64,000 nucleotides of DNA from Chrysomallon squamiferum (GCA_012295275.1 CM022676.1:9734001-9798000); one strand, 5' to 3'. Shown: positions 26,440 to 41,245, counted from the first letter of the stretch. The notes: a model not told the origin generated them from the letters alone. A program made the numbers and translations.

Positions 26440-27069
26440 TTATTCTATTCAAGATATATTATTATTGTTACCTTAAGATACAATTATTTTTTTAAACCCA
26501 GAATCACCTATTTGTCTACATTAGAAATATTTTGCTTTAAGCTGAAGTTTCATTTTTGGATTTTATTTTAAATTAAAAATGTTTTACTGTTTTTTGATCA
26601 GCATTTCTTTTTAAAAATTTTAATTAGAGCTATTATGTTGTTTTATGTTCTATTGTATTGTGTTTTAAATTAAAAATATCTTATTTTACATTAGGGATAA
26701 TGCTTTATTTTGCTACTTTTTGTTTTATATTAAAGATATTTTGTTTTATCTCAATTGCATTTATTTTTTTAATTATTATTATTTTTTTTATTATTCTAGA
26801 TATATATTTCTGTTTCAAATTCAATATATCTTGTTCATTTATATTAGAGGTAATAATATTTTTTGTATGAGATTTACATATTTTTTGTTCGAGTGTTAAA
26901 CATACCATTTAGTTGCATTTTAAGTGAATCTACAAGTTTTACTTTTATTCTAGATATGTATTTATTCTAAATTCAAGTTATCTTATCCTTTTCACCAGAA
27001 TTACATATTCATGGTATACATTAAAGTTACCATTTGGTTTTATTTTATGTTAAGCTACAAATTTTGATT

Positions 27070-27124
<55 letters not shown>

Positions 27125-27530
27125 CTAATTTCAAGATATCTTGTCCTTTATATTAGAATAATATTAATTTTTATGCCAGAATTACATATTCTTGTTCTAT
27201 GTTAAAGATACCATTTGGTTTTATTTTGTTCTGTTGTAAGTTTTTGTTTTATTATGGTCGTATTTTTGTTCTAAATTCAAGACATCTAGTCATTTGTGTT
27301 AGAGAAATTATTATTTTTTAAAACAGATTTATATATTTTTGTTCTACATTAAAGATAGTTTTATTTTAAGTTTTATACTAGATATTTATTTTTGTTTTAA
27401 ATTCAAGGAAAATTCTGTCAGAGAGATTTTTTGTAAAAAATTTTATTCCCAAGTTACATATTCTTGTTGTATGGTTAAAGATGCCATTTAGTTTTTGATT
27501 TACATCTTGTTATTCTAATCTAGAATTACA
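26440..27530. repeat. Old degenerate tandem repeat (ttctagatat...aaattcaagatatcttg...agaattacatatt...aaagataccattt)
   Basis: The colinear motif block recurs several times. Confidence 0.6.
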
Positions 27531-27806
27531 CCTTTTTTTGTTTAACACATGTAAATAACTGTTTTGGTCTTGTTTTTTTTGTTTTGTTTTTTTTCTCGCA
27601 TATTCATGAGTTTATCAGCAAAAACGAAATCCCACCATTACAATAATTTCTTCTTTCATTTCAGTGTATTCTCTTCTCTTGTCATGCCAAGTCAGAGAAA
27701 AATTAAATTATTTATTTCTTGTAATGATTTTGTTTTTTGACTTGCAGTCAACGGTTTCTTTAATAATTCAGTTCCAGGAATCAAACTTGAGAGAAATTCT
27801 TTCAGG

Positions 27807-27844
<38 letters not shown>

Positions 27845-28449
27845 TTATTTCATAAGAATAATGAATTGTTCCTGCCTTATATTTTTCATTCTGTCTGTTA
27901 TTCTGGCTGTACAATTAGTCTTTTAACCTTGAATCGGTTTCAAGGTTATTTGTTTTCTGTAACAGATTTGATGCAACATTAGTAAGTAAGCTATTAAACA
28001 ATTTTAATTAGAACAATAAGCATATTAAATTTAATGGTGGTACCATATTACTTCACGAATTAAAAAAATAATAAATGAAAAAAACAACAAAATTTAGTCT
28101 TTTTTGTCATTGATTAACTTTTGAAACATTAATCTTTTTTAGTGTCCACTTTTGTGTGACTTTATTTAATAATGACAAAATATCAGATCAAAATAATGAC
28201 TGCTTTACATTTTAGCAAATTTCTTTTTACCGTATTTGTTCCTCTATAAGTTAGCCATCTTTTATTCTGGCAGTAAAATAAATACTTTTATCATTCACCC
28301 TGTTATAAGATTATCTACTTTTTGATGCATATTTAGTCTGTTGTTATTATAATATGACAAAGGTATCAAATTTAAAAAAAGTGAATGTTTTATTGTTTAA
28401 TCATTTCATTTGCATTATTTCTTTATATACAATAATTCTCTTTCATTAT

Positions 28450-28587
28450 TATTACTTTTACTGTTATTATTATTACTATAACTTTTATTATTATTACTGT
28501 TATTACCACTACTGCTACTACTACTACTACTACTACTACTACTATTATTATTACTACTGCTACTACTACTACTACTACTATTATTAT

Positions 28588-28619
<32 letters not shown>

Positions 28620-28626
28620 TTATTAT

Positions 28627-28658
<32 letters not shown>

Positions 28659-28748
28659 TTATTACTACTACTACTACTACTACTACTACTATTATTATTA
28701 CTACTGCTACTACTACTACTACTACTATTACTACTACTACTACTATAC
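28450..28748. repeat. (TAC/TAT)n trinucleotide microsatellite
   Basis: Seen directly. It produces the poly-Tyr and poly-Val pseudo-ORFs. Confidence 0.97.
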
Positions 28749-28890
28749 TAACTTTCTGAGAGTTACAGAATTTTACCATAAATTATAATTTAAATAAACT
28801 GTGAAACTTTTTGCAAAGCTGTTGACACAGTTTTGACCAATTTTTAATTTGTATATAGAAAATATTCACCATTTTCATATATTTACTTCT

Positions 28891-28952
28891 GTTTAACACC
28901 CACTAGCTGGTTCTTTTGTGCTGTGATGTCGTTAATCATCAATTCATTCATT

Positions 28953-28954
<2 letters not shown>
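28891..28954 (+). mobile_element. SINE-like 3' tail remnant
   Basis: gtttaacacccactagc...gtgctgtgatgtcgttaatcatcaattcattcatt ends in a (CATT)n tail and resembles 3' ends of mollusc SINEs as I recall them. Confidence 0.4.
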
Positions 28955-28989
<35 letters not shown>

Positions 28990-31343
28990 GCTGCTGCTGT
29001 AGTTATTATTATCATGCTTACTTTTATTCCTATTGTTATTAAAACAAAATGTAAGGTTTGAAAATAATTATTTACTTTTCTGTTTAATATCAAAGTAAAG
29101 TTATCACATTTTGAATTTGAGTGAAATATATAAAATCCTTTTTAAAAAAAACAACAACAAACTGAAATAAAACCCAAACTAAAAACAAACAAGGACAAGA
29201 AAAAAAAAACCAAAAGAAAGAAAGAAACAGAATGAATTTATTATTTTTTATTTTTTATATATTTTTTTAATTCTAGAATGGAATGAAATGCATATATTTC
29301 TGTGTGCTTTTTTATTCTGTTAAAAAAACCAAAATACAGGCTTTAAAATAATCTAAAATATACCAGTGTGTGAAGTCTAAAATTGATGTTATTGCAAATT
29401 CAACTCTCCAGGGATCATTTGAAATTGGAATTTCAGCTCGAAGGTAAAATAACATCCATTGTCTTTTGTACGTCAGTTCTGCAAATTAGTCACTTTTGTA
29501 TGGTTGAGTTGTTTGTTTGTGTGTACAGCCTCAGTGAGAATTATTAATTATTCAGACTTCTGTGGGTTAAAACTGAAAATCTCCATTATTTTATAGTTTG
29601 CTTGTCTTTTGGTGTCGCTCTTTCACAAAGAATGGTAGACCTTGAAATGTATGGAGTCATGTCCCTCTGTTTTGTTTTTTGTTCAGTAATATTAAAAAGT
29701 TCAGTTTAAAATATGTTTTTTTTTTTTTAATGCAGCATAGCTGGTTTTAAAGTTTGATAATCACAAACATGATGATGTGTGATTTATTTTTATTTTTGTG
29801 TTCTTCTTCTTGTGTGTTTTGTTGTTTTGTTTTATTTGTTTTTTGTTTTCTGCTTTTTGTTTCACTTTCCCTTTTTTCTTTGTGTGTGTGTGTGTGTATG
29901 TGTGTGTGATGATAATATTAATAATAATAATAATAATAATACTGAATAAACAAATACATTTTTTTCTTTTCTTTTCTTTTATTTTCATTATTTCATCCAT
30001 AATTTCTTTCATTTTTTCTTCTTTCCTTTGTGTTTTTCTTCTTTCCATCTTTTCTCCATTGTTTTCTTTTTCTAAATCTGTTTTTCATTTGTTAATATCA
30101 GAGTTACAGCAGTGATAATTTAAAATTATTACATCATTAATTTCTTTTTTTTGCAATGTTTTATTATTATTTTATTACCTTTTTTTTTGTTTTACTACTG
30201 TGTTAGTTTTTTCAGATGTAATAAATATTTCAGTTTAGTGTTTACGCTTTTTGGAGCAGAACCATTTCTTTCGATGTTCTTTTCGTTCTTTTTTATTTTA
30301 TTTCTTTGTTTTATTTTATTTAATTTTTAAGTTTTGCACCGAAATAAGAACAAGAGATATTTTTGTGTTGCGTTTCAGCTTGTTCTTTTTCCCCCCTCAA
30401 TTTTGTTGTTATTATTATTATTATTATTAATTTTTTTTAGTATACTTTAGATGTGTTTTTATGTGTGTGTATGTGTGTGTATATATTTGTGTTTGTGTGT
30501 GATTGTGTTTCTGGGAGTTGAATTCTGTTTTTTGTGTGTGTGTGTGCATGTTGTGTGTCTGTGTGTGTGTATGTTTACATGAGTATGACCTTATCAATTC
30601 TTGTATGCACCCATATATATATTTCAACATATTCGTGTGTTTTACTTTTTATGAATATGTATATATATATGTATGACACTTTATGATCATACTGGCATCT
30701 GTATTTATATACACATATAACTAGGCATAAAGAGGCATTTATGTATATGTGTAAATAAGGCAAAATGTGATGATAATAATAATAATAATAAAAAATAAAA
30801 AAAATATTCAAAAGAAATCTTTTTTGGGGGGGTTTATCTACTTCTAAAAACTATTTTACTTACTCCTCTTGCACTTTAACTTTTCAGTACAAACAAAAGG
30901 TTATATATATATATATATATAGATATATAAACCTTCATATACAAACGAAATTAATTACAGGTATCAAAACCTTCTGCACAAAACGTTATTAACTTACTGC
31001 TATCAAAACTACATCTTAACAACAGTGTGTTGTTACATCACTTCTGTGTAACTGTTACTGCAGTAGTCAAACAAGTAATCTGTAATTTAGTACGTAGTTT
31101 TAAAAAAAAGAAAAAAATGTTAGCTTGCCCCCAGTTATCGTGAACAGAACTGTTTTTTTTTTTATGACATGACAAATAGATGGATAGTGTTATCCCCTCT
31201 CTGTGTTAGAAAGCATCTGAAAGGAATCGTTTGCATCAGGATCTGTGGTTTCTTTGGTTGGAAGGGAGAAAGAAACCATTGAAGTGGACGTGTGTCTTTA
31301 TTTTATGTTATAAACAAATGTATCAGGTGTCTCTCTCTCTCTC

Positions 31344-31374
<31 letters not shown>

Positions 31375-31618
31375 ATCTCTCTCTCTCTTTCTCGCTCACT
31401 TTCTCTTTCTCTCGCTTTTTCTCTATCTTTCTCTCTTTCTCTCGCTCTCTGTCTCTCTCTCGCTCTCTCTTTCTCTATCTATCTTTCTTTCTCTTTCTCT
31501 CTCTCACTCTCTGTCTCTCTCTCTTTCTATCTCTGTCTCTCTGTGTCTGTGTCTCTCTCTGTCTGTCTCTCACACACACAGATTATATATATATATATAT
31601 AAATATATATGTATAATC

Positions 31619-31704
<86 letters not shown>

Positions 31705-32059
31705 ATACACACACAAAGGGTGATATTCTGTAGTACATTATAAATTATAAATAAACCTTATCAGGAACTTGAATGGTAAACTTACATTTCATAAAAAATT
31801 GATCTACAGTTTTTTTATTTTATGAGACATTTTAATGGTAATCTTAGTACTTCATCATTTAAACTGAAAGCTAAACCTTGTTTTTACTCAGACACAGTTG
31901 ATTTTTTTTTTTAATAAGAAACATGAACCTAGTGTGGCAATCACAAACAACTGAATGTTAAATTCTGCATCAGAAATATGATAAATCACAAACTTACTGG
32001 AGAAGTAATGAAAAAGTTTTGTAGCAAAAAAAAAAAAAAAAAAAAAAAAAAGACAATGA

Positions 32060-32119
32060 TAATAATAGTGATGATATCTTATATTGATTGTTATCTTGAC
32101 ATTCCACAGACGTTAACCT

Positions 32120-32150
<31 letters not shown>

Positions 32151-32430
32151 AACCCATAATAATAATAACATAATAAAAAGATCAAAGAAAAAAATAAAAT
32201 AATAATAATAACAATGATCATCATAATAATGATATCTTAAACTGATTGTTAACTTCACATTCCACAGAAGTTAACATTAAAATAAAAAAATAAAAATAAA
32301 TAAAAAAAATAATAATAAAAAATAGATGAACAAAAAAATAATAATAATAATAATAATGATAGTAATAATAATAATGATTATTATCCATTTGATGTTATAT
32401 TCATATTCCACAGACATTAACATTTTTATT
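32060..32430. repeat. Three diverged copies of a ~160 bp unit (core cattccacagacgttaac)
   Basis: Cores near 32100, 32258 and 32405. Confidence 0.7.
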
Positions 32431-32873
32431 ATCTCAATTATCCCATTAAGATTTTTTTTTTTTTTTTTTTTTTTTGTGTCTGTAATAAATTAATTATTTT
32501 TATATTCTTTCTGCTGTGTCTGTCAGGAACACTGTTTTATCAACTGTGCTTGATATATTTGACATAAGCAAACAACCAGCGTTCATCCTGGTCTTACAGA
32601 GCGTTTGTTTAGTAAAACTCTGTTTAAAACTGATACATGTGTGATTACTTCAGGCTGGGAAACAAGAAATCGTGTGTGAAATTTCCGCGTGGATGATTTC
32701 TGGGTTACGTAAACAGCGTGGAAAAGTCATTGTGTGTGTGTTTATGAGTGTGTAATATTTATTTCATATGTGTGTTTGTTTGAGTGTGTGTGTGTGTGTG
32801 TGTGTTGCCTATGTTATATGTTAGTGTGTTTGTACCTGAATAAGAGAATGATAGGGAGGGAGAGAGGGAGGGA

Positions 32874-32951
<78 letters not shown>

Positions 32952-33989
32952 TGGAGAGAGACAGTGAGAAAAAAAGAAAGTGAGAGTTAGAAAGAAAAAC
33001 TAGATCGAGAGAGTGAGAAAGAAAGAAAGAGAGTGAGAGAGTAAGAGAGTAAAAAAGAAAAACTAGAGAGAGTGAGAAAGAGAGAGAGAGAGAGAGAGAG
33101 TGGGTGTCTGTGAGAAAGATCTAAAATAACTTGATAAAGACAGTACATTGACATGTAGAGCATTGTGCTACATACATACATTTTACACTGTTTTCTGGTG
33201 AAAACTGACAGCGCAGAAATAACGGACATTTTTCATGTTTGTGAGATAGTAAAATTATATACATACATACATACAGAGAGACACATAAACACTCATAAAC
33301 ACACACACACTCATAAAAAAACACAGTCACACAAATAAAAGAACACAGTACACACAAACATACAAGAACATATACACATACATACTCTGACACACACACA
33401 CACACACATATGTGTACTTTTACAAAAACACACACACACACAAACACATTTAACAATCAGATAACACACAGTTTTTTCATTTTGATTACCAAAACTGCTC
33501 TGGGCTATTTTAAGTAATCACATTAGTTCTGTTCACATGGCAACCAGTTTGCATAATTGATGCATACTAACACAGATTACTAATCACACTGTTCGGATTA
33601 ATGACACATATATAATAAGTGTACACAGTGAAAGTTCCTTTGGACTGAATGTAAGTGTCTACATGATCACCGGTTTTGCAAATATTCTGTTTGGTTGCAG
33701 AAATTCGATACTGAGGTTGCTGCTGGACAAAAGTGCAATGTAAATGTTATGTAGGCTTTCTTTTGTTTGACTTAATAATGTGGTAGTGTGTGCATTGGTG
33801 TGTATCTGTGTGTAGGTGTGGTGTGTTTTTTTTTAAATTTCTTTTCATAGTCAAAGTGTAGCTTCTGTTACCATAATAAATGACTTGGATCTGTTTTTAA
33901 AGTCAAGAAATATTTTTACGTTTGTATTGTCAGATATATTTTGATTCTTTCAGGTAGTGTGATGTTTTTCCCTGCTTTCCCAGTGATTA

Positions 33990-34705
33990 GATCTGTTTTC
34001 ATAGTCAGGAGTCATGTATTGTCGTAGTCAAGGAGTGAGTCTGGTTTTTTTAGTCAAATATGGTTTATTTTCATAGTCAAAGAGTCTCTGGTTTATAGTC
34101 CAAAAAGTCAAATGGTTTATTTTCATAGTCAAAGACTGTCTGGTTTATAGTCAAATATGGTTTACTTTCATAGTCAAGGAGTGCCTGGTTTATAGTCAGA
34201 AATGGTTTATTTTCATAGTCAAAGACTGTCTGGTTTATAGTCAGAAATGGTTTATTTTCATAGTCAAAGAGTGTCTGGTTTATAGTCAGAAATGGTCTGT
34301 TTTCATAGTCAAAGACTGTCTGGTTTATAGTCAAATATGGTTTATTTTCAGTCATGGTCTATTTCATAGTCAAAGACTGTCTGGTTTATAGTCAAATATG
34401 GTTTACTTTCATAGTCAAGGAGTGCCTGGTTTATAGTCAGAAATGGTTTATTTTCATAGTCAAAGACTGTCTGGTTTATAGTCAGAAATGGTTTATTTTC
34501 ATAGTCAAAGAGTGTCTGGTTTATAGTCAGAAATGGTTTATTTTCATAGTCAAAGAGTGTCTGGTTTATAGTCAGAAATGGTCTATTTTCATAGTCAAAG
34601 AGTGTCTGGTTTATAGTCAGAAATGGTATATTTTCATAGTCAAAGAGTGTCTGGTTTATAGTCAGAAATGGTATATTTTCATAGTCAAAGAGTCTCTGGT
34701 TTATT
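33990..34705. repeat. 45 bp minisatellite (gtttatagtcagaaatggtttattttcatagtcaaagagtgtctg)
   Basis: Tandem units give the TINQTLFDYENKPFL pseudo-ORFs. Units degenerate toward the left edge. Confidence 0.95.
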
Positions 34706-34860
34706 AAATCATGGTTGAGAGGTGGATTCTGTCTATGGGAAGGCGTATTTAAAATCTCTGTTACAGCTAAACAGAAAAGGATCGTCACACTAACAGGCTT
34801 CCTTTATATTTATTTGCCTTTGTGTTCTGTGACCAGTTGAATAACCGCAGATTAAAGTGG
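34696..34860 (+). mobile_element. Degenerate SINE remnant (Meta-domain-like)
   Basis: ctggtttattaaa...tctgtctatgggaagg..tatttaaaa...gctaa..gaaaagg is colinear with the reverse complement of 39117-39236. Confidence 0.45.
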
Positions 34861-35146
34861 ACAAAAAAAAAACATGACTAGATAACCAGTGTTTCGGATC
34901 ATAAGCTATCAGTCTCCTATCAGATAGTTTTAGAATGTTTGACCTTTAACTGTGTAACACTGTTATCATATCTATTTGACCTTGAATGGTGACTTTTTTT
35001 GTATGTGAAAATTTTAACCTTGACCTTCACACACTAGCCACATCTGTTTCCACCTTTACCTTAACAATAATCCACCTCTACATGGATTATAATGAGTCTG
35101 ATATTAACAATGAATAAATAACTCTTTATGTGTGTATGTTTGTATT

Positions 35147-35177
<31 letters not shown>

Positions 35178-35974
35178 TACAGACATACATACACACATAC
35201 ACACATACATATATAGATAAATACATACATATATACATACATACATTTATATATACATTTATATATACATGTGCACACACACAAACACACAGACATGCAC
35301 AGACACACATATACATTGGTGGTTGTCTTGATGACCAAATGGTATTGTCATCTGCCTTCAAAGTGCAGGCAAATGGCTGCCATTGCTTTGAGTCTCTTGT
35401 CAGTGACATCTGACAGGTGTTTGTGAGGTTGTGATTGGACTTTGTCCTCCTGTGCCAGTGTGTTATTGAATATTGTCTATGTGCAGAGTCTAATCAGACG
35501 TACATAAGACAGAGAATATTCAAAAATCCAAAAAATACATACATTTATTATGCATACATACAAATCTAAGTCATCAGCCTACCTTTATTTCTGTTTCCAC
35601 CCCACCCCATCATCATCAACCCATTGTACCCACCTCCACTGATTCAGACTGTTCAGATATTAAAGTTAAATATTCACTGTTTATTAATGAACCTCTCTGT
35701 CTCAGACTGTTCAAATTGTCCATCTCACTCACCTCACTGTTTATTAACAAACCTCATCTCACTCACCTCACTCAACTCACTCACTCACCTCACTCAACTC
35801 ACTCACCTTGCTCACCTTGCTCACCTTGGTCAACTTCTTGTGAACAGATTCAAAGACATGACATTAACTGGTGGCTGGCAAAAACATCTAGAAAGTAAAG
35901 AACTCTCATTATGAAAACAAAGACTTCCTGTTGCCATGGTGACACAGATAATGTTACAGCCTTGTCCATTACAA

Positions 35975-36007
<33 letters not shown>

Positions 36008-36258
36008 CTCTGATGTTTTATTGAAACCTGATTCAAGATGTATTGTTTTTTTTTTGTTTTTGTTTTTTTCACAAGAATAAAAAAAAAAAAAAAAAAAAGA
36101 ATTAGAAGATGTAAAAAAAAAAGAGAGAGAAAAAAAACAATCTTAAGAAAAAACAACAAGCCAGTATTTTGAATAAAATGGATATTTGTATGTATGTATT
36201 GATGGATGCTTGGAAGTATATAGGTGTGTATGCAAATTCCATAGGTGTGTGTGTGTGC

Positions 36259-36299
<41 letters not shown>

Positions 36300-36922
36300 T
36301 GTGTGTCATACATACATACATACATATTAACAATATGTAAGTTACATGTGAGTCTACATATATATAAATGTGTTTATGTATAAATATATATAAATATAGA
36401 TATATGTATGTATATATTTATGTATATATTTTGTTTATTTATTTATATATTTCTCAGAAGCACATTTGTGTGTGTTCATGTGACATAAAATTTAAAAAAA
36501 AACCCTAATAAACTGATTATTCAGATACAATCCGGAGTCAATATAATCATAAATATCAAAAAAAAAAAAAAAAAAAAATTAAAACGTCCAAAAATATAAC
36601 TGTCCAGTTTGGAAGAAAGATATTACTGACCATTATCGGTCAGTGACATCTATATGAATTGCAGTATGAGGTGACCGTCTTCTTTTAACTGACTTAAGGC
36701 TTCTTAAAATGCCAGCATAAGAGGTTTGTCAGAAACTACATTAGGATTTCTAATACCACAACTAATCAGCTAATACAGTTGTATGGCTTCAGGCAGAATT
36801 TCTGCTGAATGGAAGAGGAATGGAATCCATTTTGAAATCTTTAGGAACTGTACTTTTGTAGTCAAAAAGTAAAATGATGAAGTAAAATTAGAAAATGAGG
36901 TTTTGGGCCTAAGCTTTTAAGT

Positions 36923-36956
<34 letters not shown>

Positions 36957-38947
36957 TGAGGAATTTTTTTTTTTTTTTTATTAGTCAAATGATGAATTTT
37001 TTTTTTGGTAGTTAAATGATGGATTTTATTTTTAATAGTCAAATGATAGGTTTTGGGTTTATAGTCAGGAGCTGGGGTACATCTTCATAGTCAGAGATTT
37101 GAGCTTATTTTCATAGTCAAGGTTTGGATTGGATTTTCACAGTAAAGAAGTTGATTTTGGTTCCATTTTTTTTTTTGCCATAATTAGAAGTACATTTTAG
37201 CTTGAAACATCATTTAATCATATTGATTCTGTAATAAAAACCTGTTACCATTATAAAATATATGTACATGATTTTTTATTTTATAAATATTATGTAAAAA
37301 TAAATTTGTAAGAGTTCACTTGAACTCGACAAAAGGATGTTTTTATCTACTATTTGCTAATGCAACTACAAGTACAAAACAATTGAAAAAAAAAAAACTC
37401 TTTTAATTCATTTAATGTACTTGTTAGCCCCAATCACAAACACATTTGAAGAATAAACCGGAAAAATAATCAGTTGAAAAAGTACAGAAATAATATTTGT
37501 CATTGTGTTAGTGGAGTGAAAAACAAAACACTTTAAAAGTACCATCATTATTTTTAGAACTTAATGAACTGAAAAGAAAAAAAAAAAAAATTTTTTTAAT
37601 TCATTTTTATCTTTTATTTTAATTGTTTATTTTTTTAAAATTCTTTTTATTTGTTTTGTTTTTCTAACTAATGCTCTCAGTTCATTTTTCAAAAACTCAT
37701 TTTAATCTTTTTTTTTTTTTTTTTTTATTTTAATTGTTTTTATTTTTTTCATTCTCCCCCACCACAAAAAAAAAAATGGAGATATTTATCTTTTAATTTC
37801 TTCTTGTTTGCTTTTCTAACTAAAGCTCAGTTAATTTTTAAAAAACTATTTAATTATATTTTTTGTCACTCTTACATGTTCAAATGGTGAAAAAAAAAAA
37901 AAAAAAAAAAGTGAAATAACATGTTGAATATCTCTACTTTGCAGCACGTTGCTTTCAATTGATGACACCAGATGGCGCTCTCAGCAAGATCCCACAGTGC
38001 TGCCATCTGCTGTTAGTTTGTATAGATTTCCTCCAGTGCGGTTCATGGAGCTGAATTAATAATTGGAACATTATTTATGTTTTGTAATATTACTTTAATA
38101 ATTTATTCAAATTTCTGGACTGTTTCTTCCACATAACTGCTGTCCTTTGTTCTGGTTCAATACAATATATTTTATCATAATTAATTCTTTTCATAAATTA
38201 TGTCGTTTATTAATTTCATATCAGATTAATAATTTCATTTAAATATCTTCATAATTGTTGTTCATTTTCGGGTTTGACAAATGTTTAAACATTGTAATTA
38301 ATTCTTTTCAAAATGGTTTTTTTTTTTTTTTTTTTGTTTTGGCATAATTTCAGTTCTCATTTCTTTAGAGGCATGACTGACATATGCTTTCAGTTTTCTA
38401 CTAGTTCTTTCTTTGTAAATAATAATAGTTTTTTTGTTTATTAATTTTATTATTTCAGCTTTAATGGAGTGTTAAAAATGTCTCTTTGTGTTCAAACATA
38501 CAAAGTAATGTTTTCACATTGTCATATTCAACACATGTTTTTTAAATATGGATGAAATTTGTTCGGTTCAAATAATAACAATGTTCTTTTGTAATTTAAT
38601 TTAATTATTTTTAGTTTAATGTTTTTTTTAAATTTCTTTTTTGTTTTAAACTAAAAGTTGTCTTCCTATCTCTAGAGACATTTTTGTCATTCATTGCAAC
38701 ACATTCTTGTCAGGTACGAATGTTGTTCATTTAATTTTATTTTATTATTTTGTAGGAAGTATTCATTTATTGTTCAGAACTGGTCTTCATTTTTTTTATA
38801 TAAAACATCTGTTTTTAAACAAACAGGCAAACACATATATATGTACAACATACACACACTTACAATACATACAACAGACACAAATACACACAGAAGACAC
38901 ACACACACACACAATATACACACACACAAGACACACAATACACACAG

Positions 38948-38986
<39 letters not shown>

Positions 38987-39116
38987 ACACTCACACACAA
39001 TATTTTGTACTGATGTTAAAGTGAGCAACAGTAGTGAATGTACAGGTCAGAAATGAAAAAAAAAAAAAAAATGCTGATAATAAAAAATAAAATAAAATAA
39101 AATAGCCTGTTCCAAA

Positions 39117-39236
39117 GGTAACTCTTTCTAATTAGCAGCAAGCAATCTTTTATTATGCCCCACCTCACAGACAGGGTAACTAACACACACCTCAACCTTT
39201 GTTACACCAGTCAAAGAGCACTGGTTGGAACGTGAA
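39117..39236 (-). mobile_element. SINE central domain (MetaSINE-like)
   Basis: actctttctaattagcagcaag..atctttta...cacagacagg...cctttgttacaccagtc...gagcactggttggaacg resembles the reverse complement of the conserved Meta domain as I recall it. Confidence 0.65.
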
Positions 39237-40013
39237 AAACCTGGAGTGAAAAAAACCCAAAAAAAAAACATATCACACCTGGAGTGAAGCAACTAGCAGT
39301 CTGCTGCCATTATCTCTTCCTGTATAATGAACAGCGTTCATTTTCATCATATTCTTGTTTTCTATAACGTTTTCTGTCTTCAGGTAATACCTCGCGGATT
39401 TTGTTACACTTTGCGATGAAAGATATTTTTATTTTTAGTGCCATAATTCTTGTCTGGCACAGGCATTGTAATCTCTAGTATCCTTTTAGTGTGTCAGAAC
39501 ATTCTGTTTATCATTGTGTATTCCTCCTAATTCGATTGGCAAAGATGAAAAAAAAAACCCCACAAAAACAGCACGTTTTTCTCTGGTTTAGTTCTTGTGT
39601 TCTGAAGAATGTGTTCATTCACTTTGTTTGGTTGTAATTTTTCTTGTATTCTTTATTTATTTATTTTTTTTATTGTATTTATTTATTTATTATTTATTTG
39701 GTTCTTTCTTTCATTCTTTTTTTTTTTTTATTTTTTTTTTTTTTATTGTTTTTTTTTTTTTATCTATTTTATTGACTTATTCATTCATTCATTCATTCAT
39801 TTATTTTCTGTCATTTTTTTTTAGTTTCCAATTTTTCTTTCTTTCTTTATTTATTTATTCCATAGGTTTCTTTCTTTCTTTCTTTCATCTATTGTTTACT
39901 TTCATTCTTATTTTTCTTCATTTATTTTTATTGTGGGATTTTTTTTTTTTTTTTTTTTTTTTTCCTATTTTTCTTTATTTGTTTCTTAGACGTCTTTCAT
40001 TATTTTTATCCAG

Positions 40014-40049
<36 letters not shown>

Positions 40050-41213
40050 TTTTTTTTCTGTTGTAGATCACCTCAGTTACATAAGAGGTTGTAAAAACTA
40101 ATTTATATGGCTTAAGCAGTGAAAAGATTAATTACTATCTAGTAAGTGGTTACAGTTAGAATTAGGGTTGTATGTATTAACACATCTGGCTAAATGCCTA
40201 CTGTAGATCATTTTAGCTATATACAAGATAGATAAAACGGGTTAATTTGTGAGCAGTTGATGGGTTAATGTTAGGGTTGTATTTATTAATAATATTTTTA
40301 TTTTGATATTTAGTTATAAATGAGAAAATGAATAGGATTAATTTTTGTCTTGAAACAGTGAAAATGTTAACCTACATAGTTTGTTTGTCAGTGGTTAAGG
40401 CTATGGTTGTATTTATTATTAATACATCTAGGCTAAATATTAGTTATATATGAGAAAGATGAATGATTTATTTTTTGTCTTAAACAGTGAAAGTGTTGAC
40501 AACCTACATGGTTTGTGCCGTCAGTGGTTACGTTCAGCGTTGTGTTAACAAATACATCTGGTCTAGTTGACTACGTATGAGATCAGATGAAAAGGGTTAA
40601 TGCCCAAACTTTTATTTATTTATTTATTCATATCCATGGGCAGTTCATCGATTGAAGCATCTGTCACAGGTTGTTAGTGTAAATTACAGCCATTCAGGCG
40701 TAACTGAACCTTGAAAAGAACATCTATTTATAGAAACAGACCTGTTTAGACCTGTGACCTGTTTTTTTTTTTTTTTTTTTTTTTTTTGTGTCTAGGTCAC
40801 AGCTACTTTTTAATGGCATTGAATTGGAAAACAAAAAAATAAAAACAAAAAACAACGCACACACAGACACACACACACACACACACACACAGAGAGAGAT
40901 AAACAAACAGATAGATAATTAATCAGGTCAGGCACAGTCTTCCTGCACTTTTTGTCACAGCCAGCTGTTTTGTTTGGCTGTAAGGATGTTTTCAAGGTAC
41001 GTAAGTTTCTGTATATTGATTTCGTTTTCTCAGTGATATCGGAAGGCTTTTGGAGTACACTAAGCCAGTCTTCGTTAGTGGTTTCAGGATAATTAAGACT
41101 AACGAAGAGGTTGACAGACACCTTCTGTGCTTTTTAAAGGTTGGTATTTTTTGGCTAATCAGTATTTATAGTTGAATGTAGAAGAGTTTACTGACACAAT
41201 TTTATTAATATGT

Positions 41214-41245
<32 letters not shown>

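Noticed and set aside
28354-28788. Poly-Tyr / poly-Val ORFs, and all CV/HT/ER/SL-repeat ORFs across the window
   Set aside because: They are microsatellite translations.
34077-34788. ORFs with TINQTLFDYENKPFL repeats
   Set aside because: They are translations of the 45 bp satellite, open on both strands.
34940-35062. TGACCT cluster as a hormone response element
   Set aside because: The spacing is irregular and it resembles common TE-derived ttgacctt tracts.
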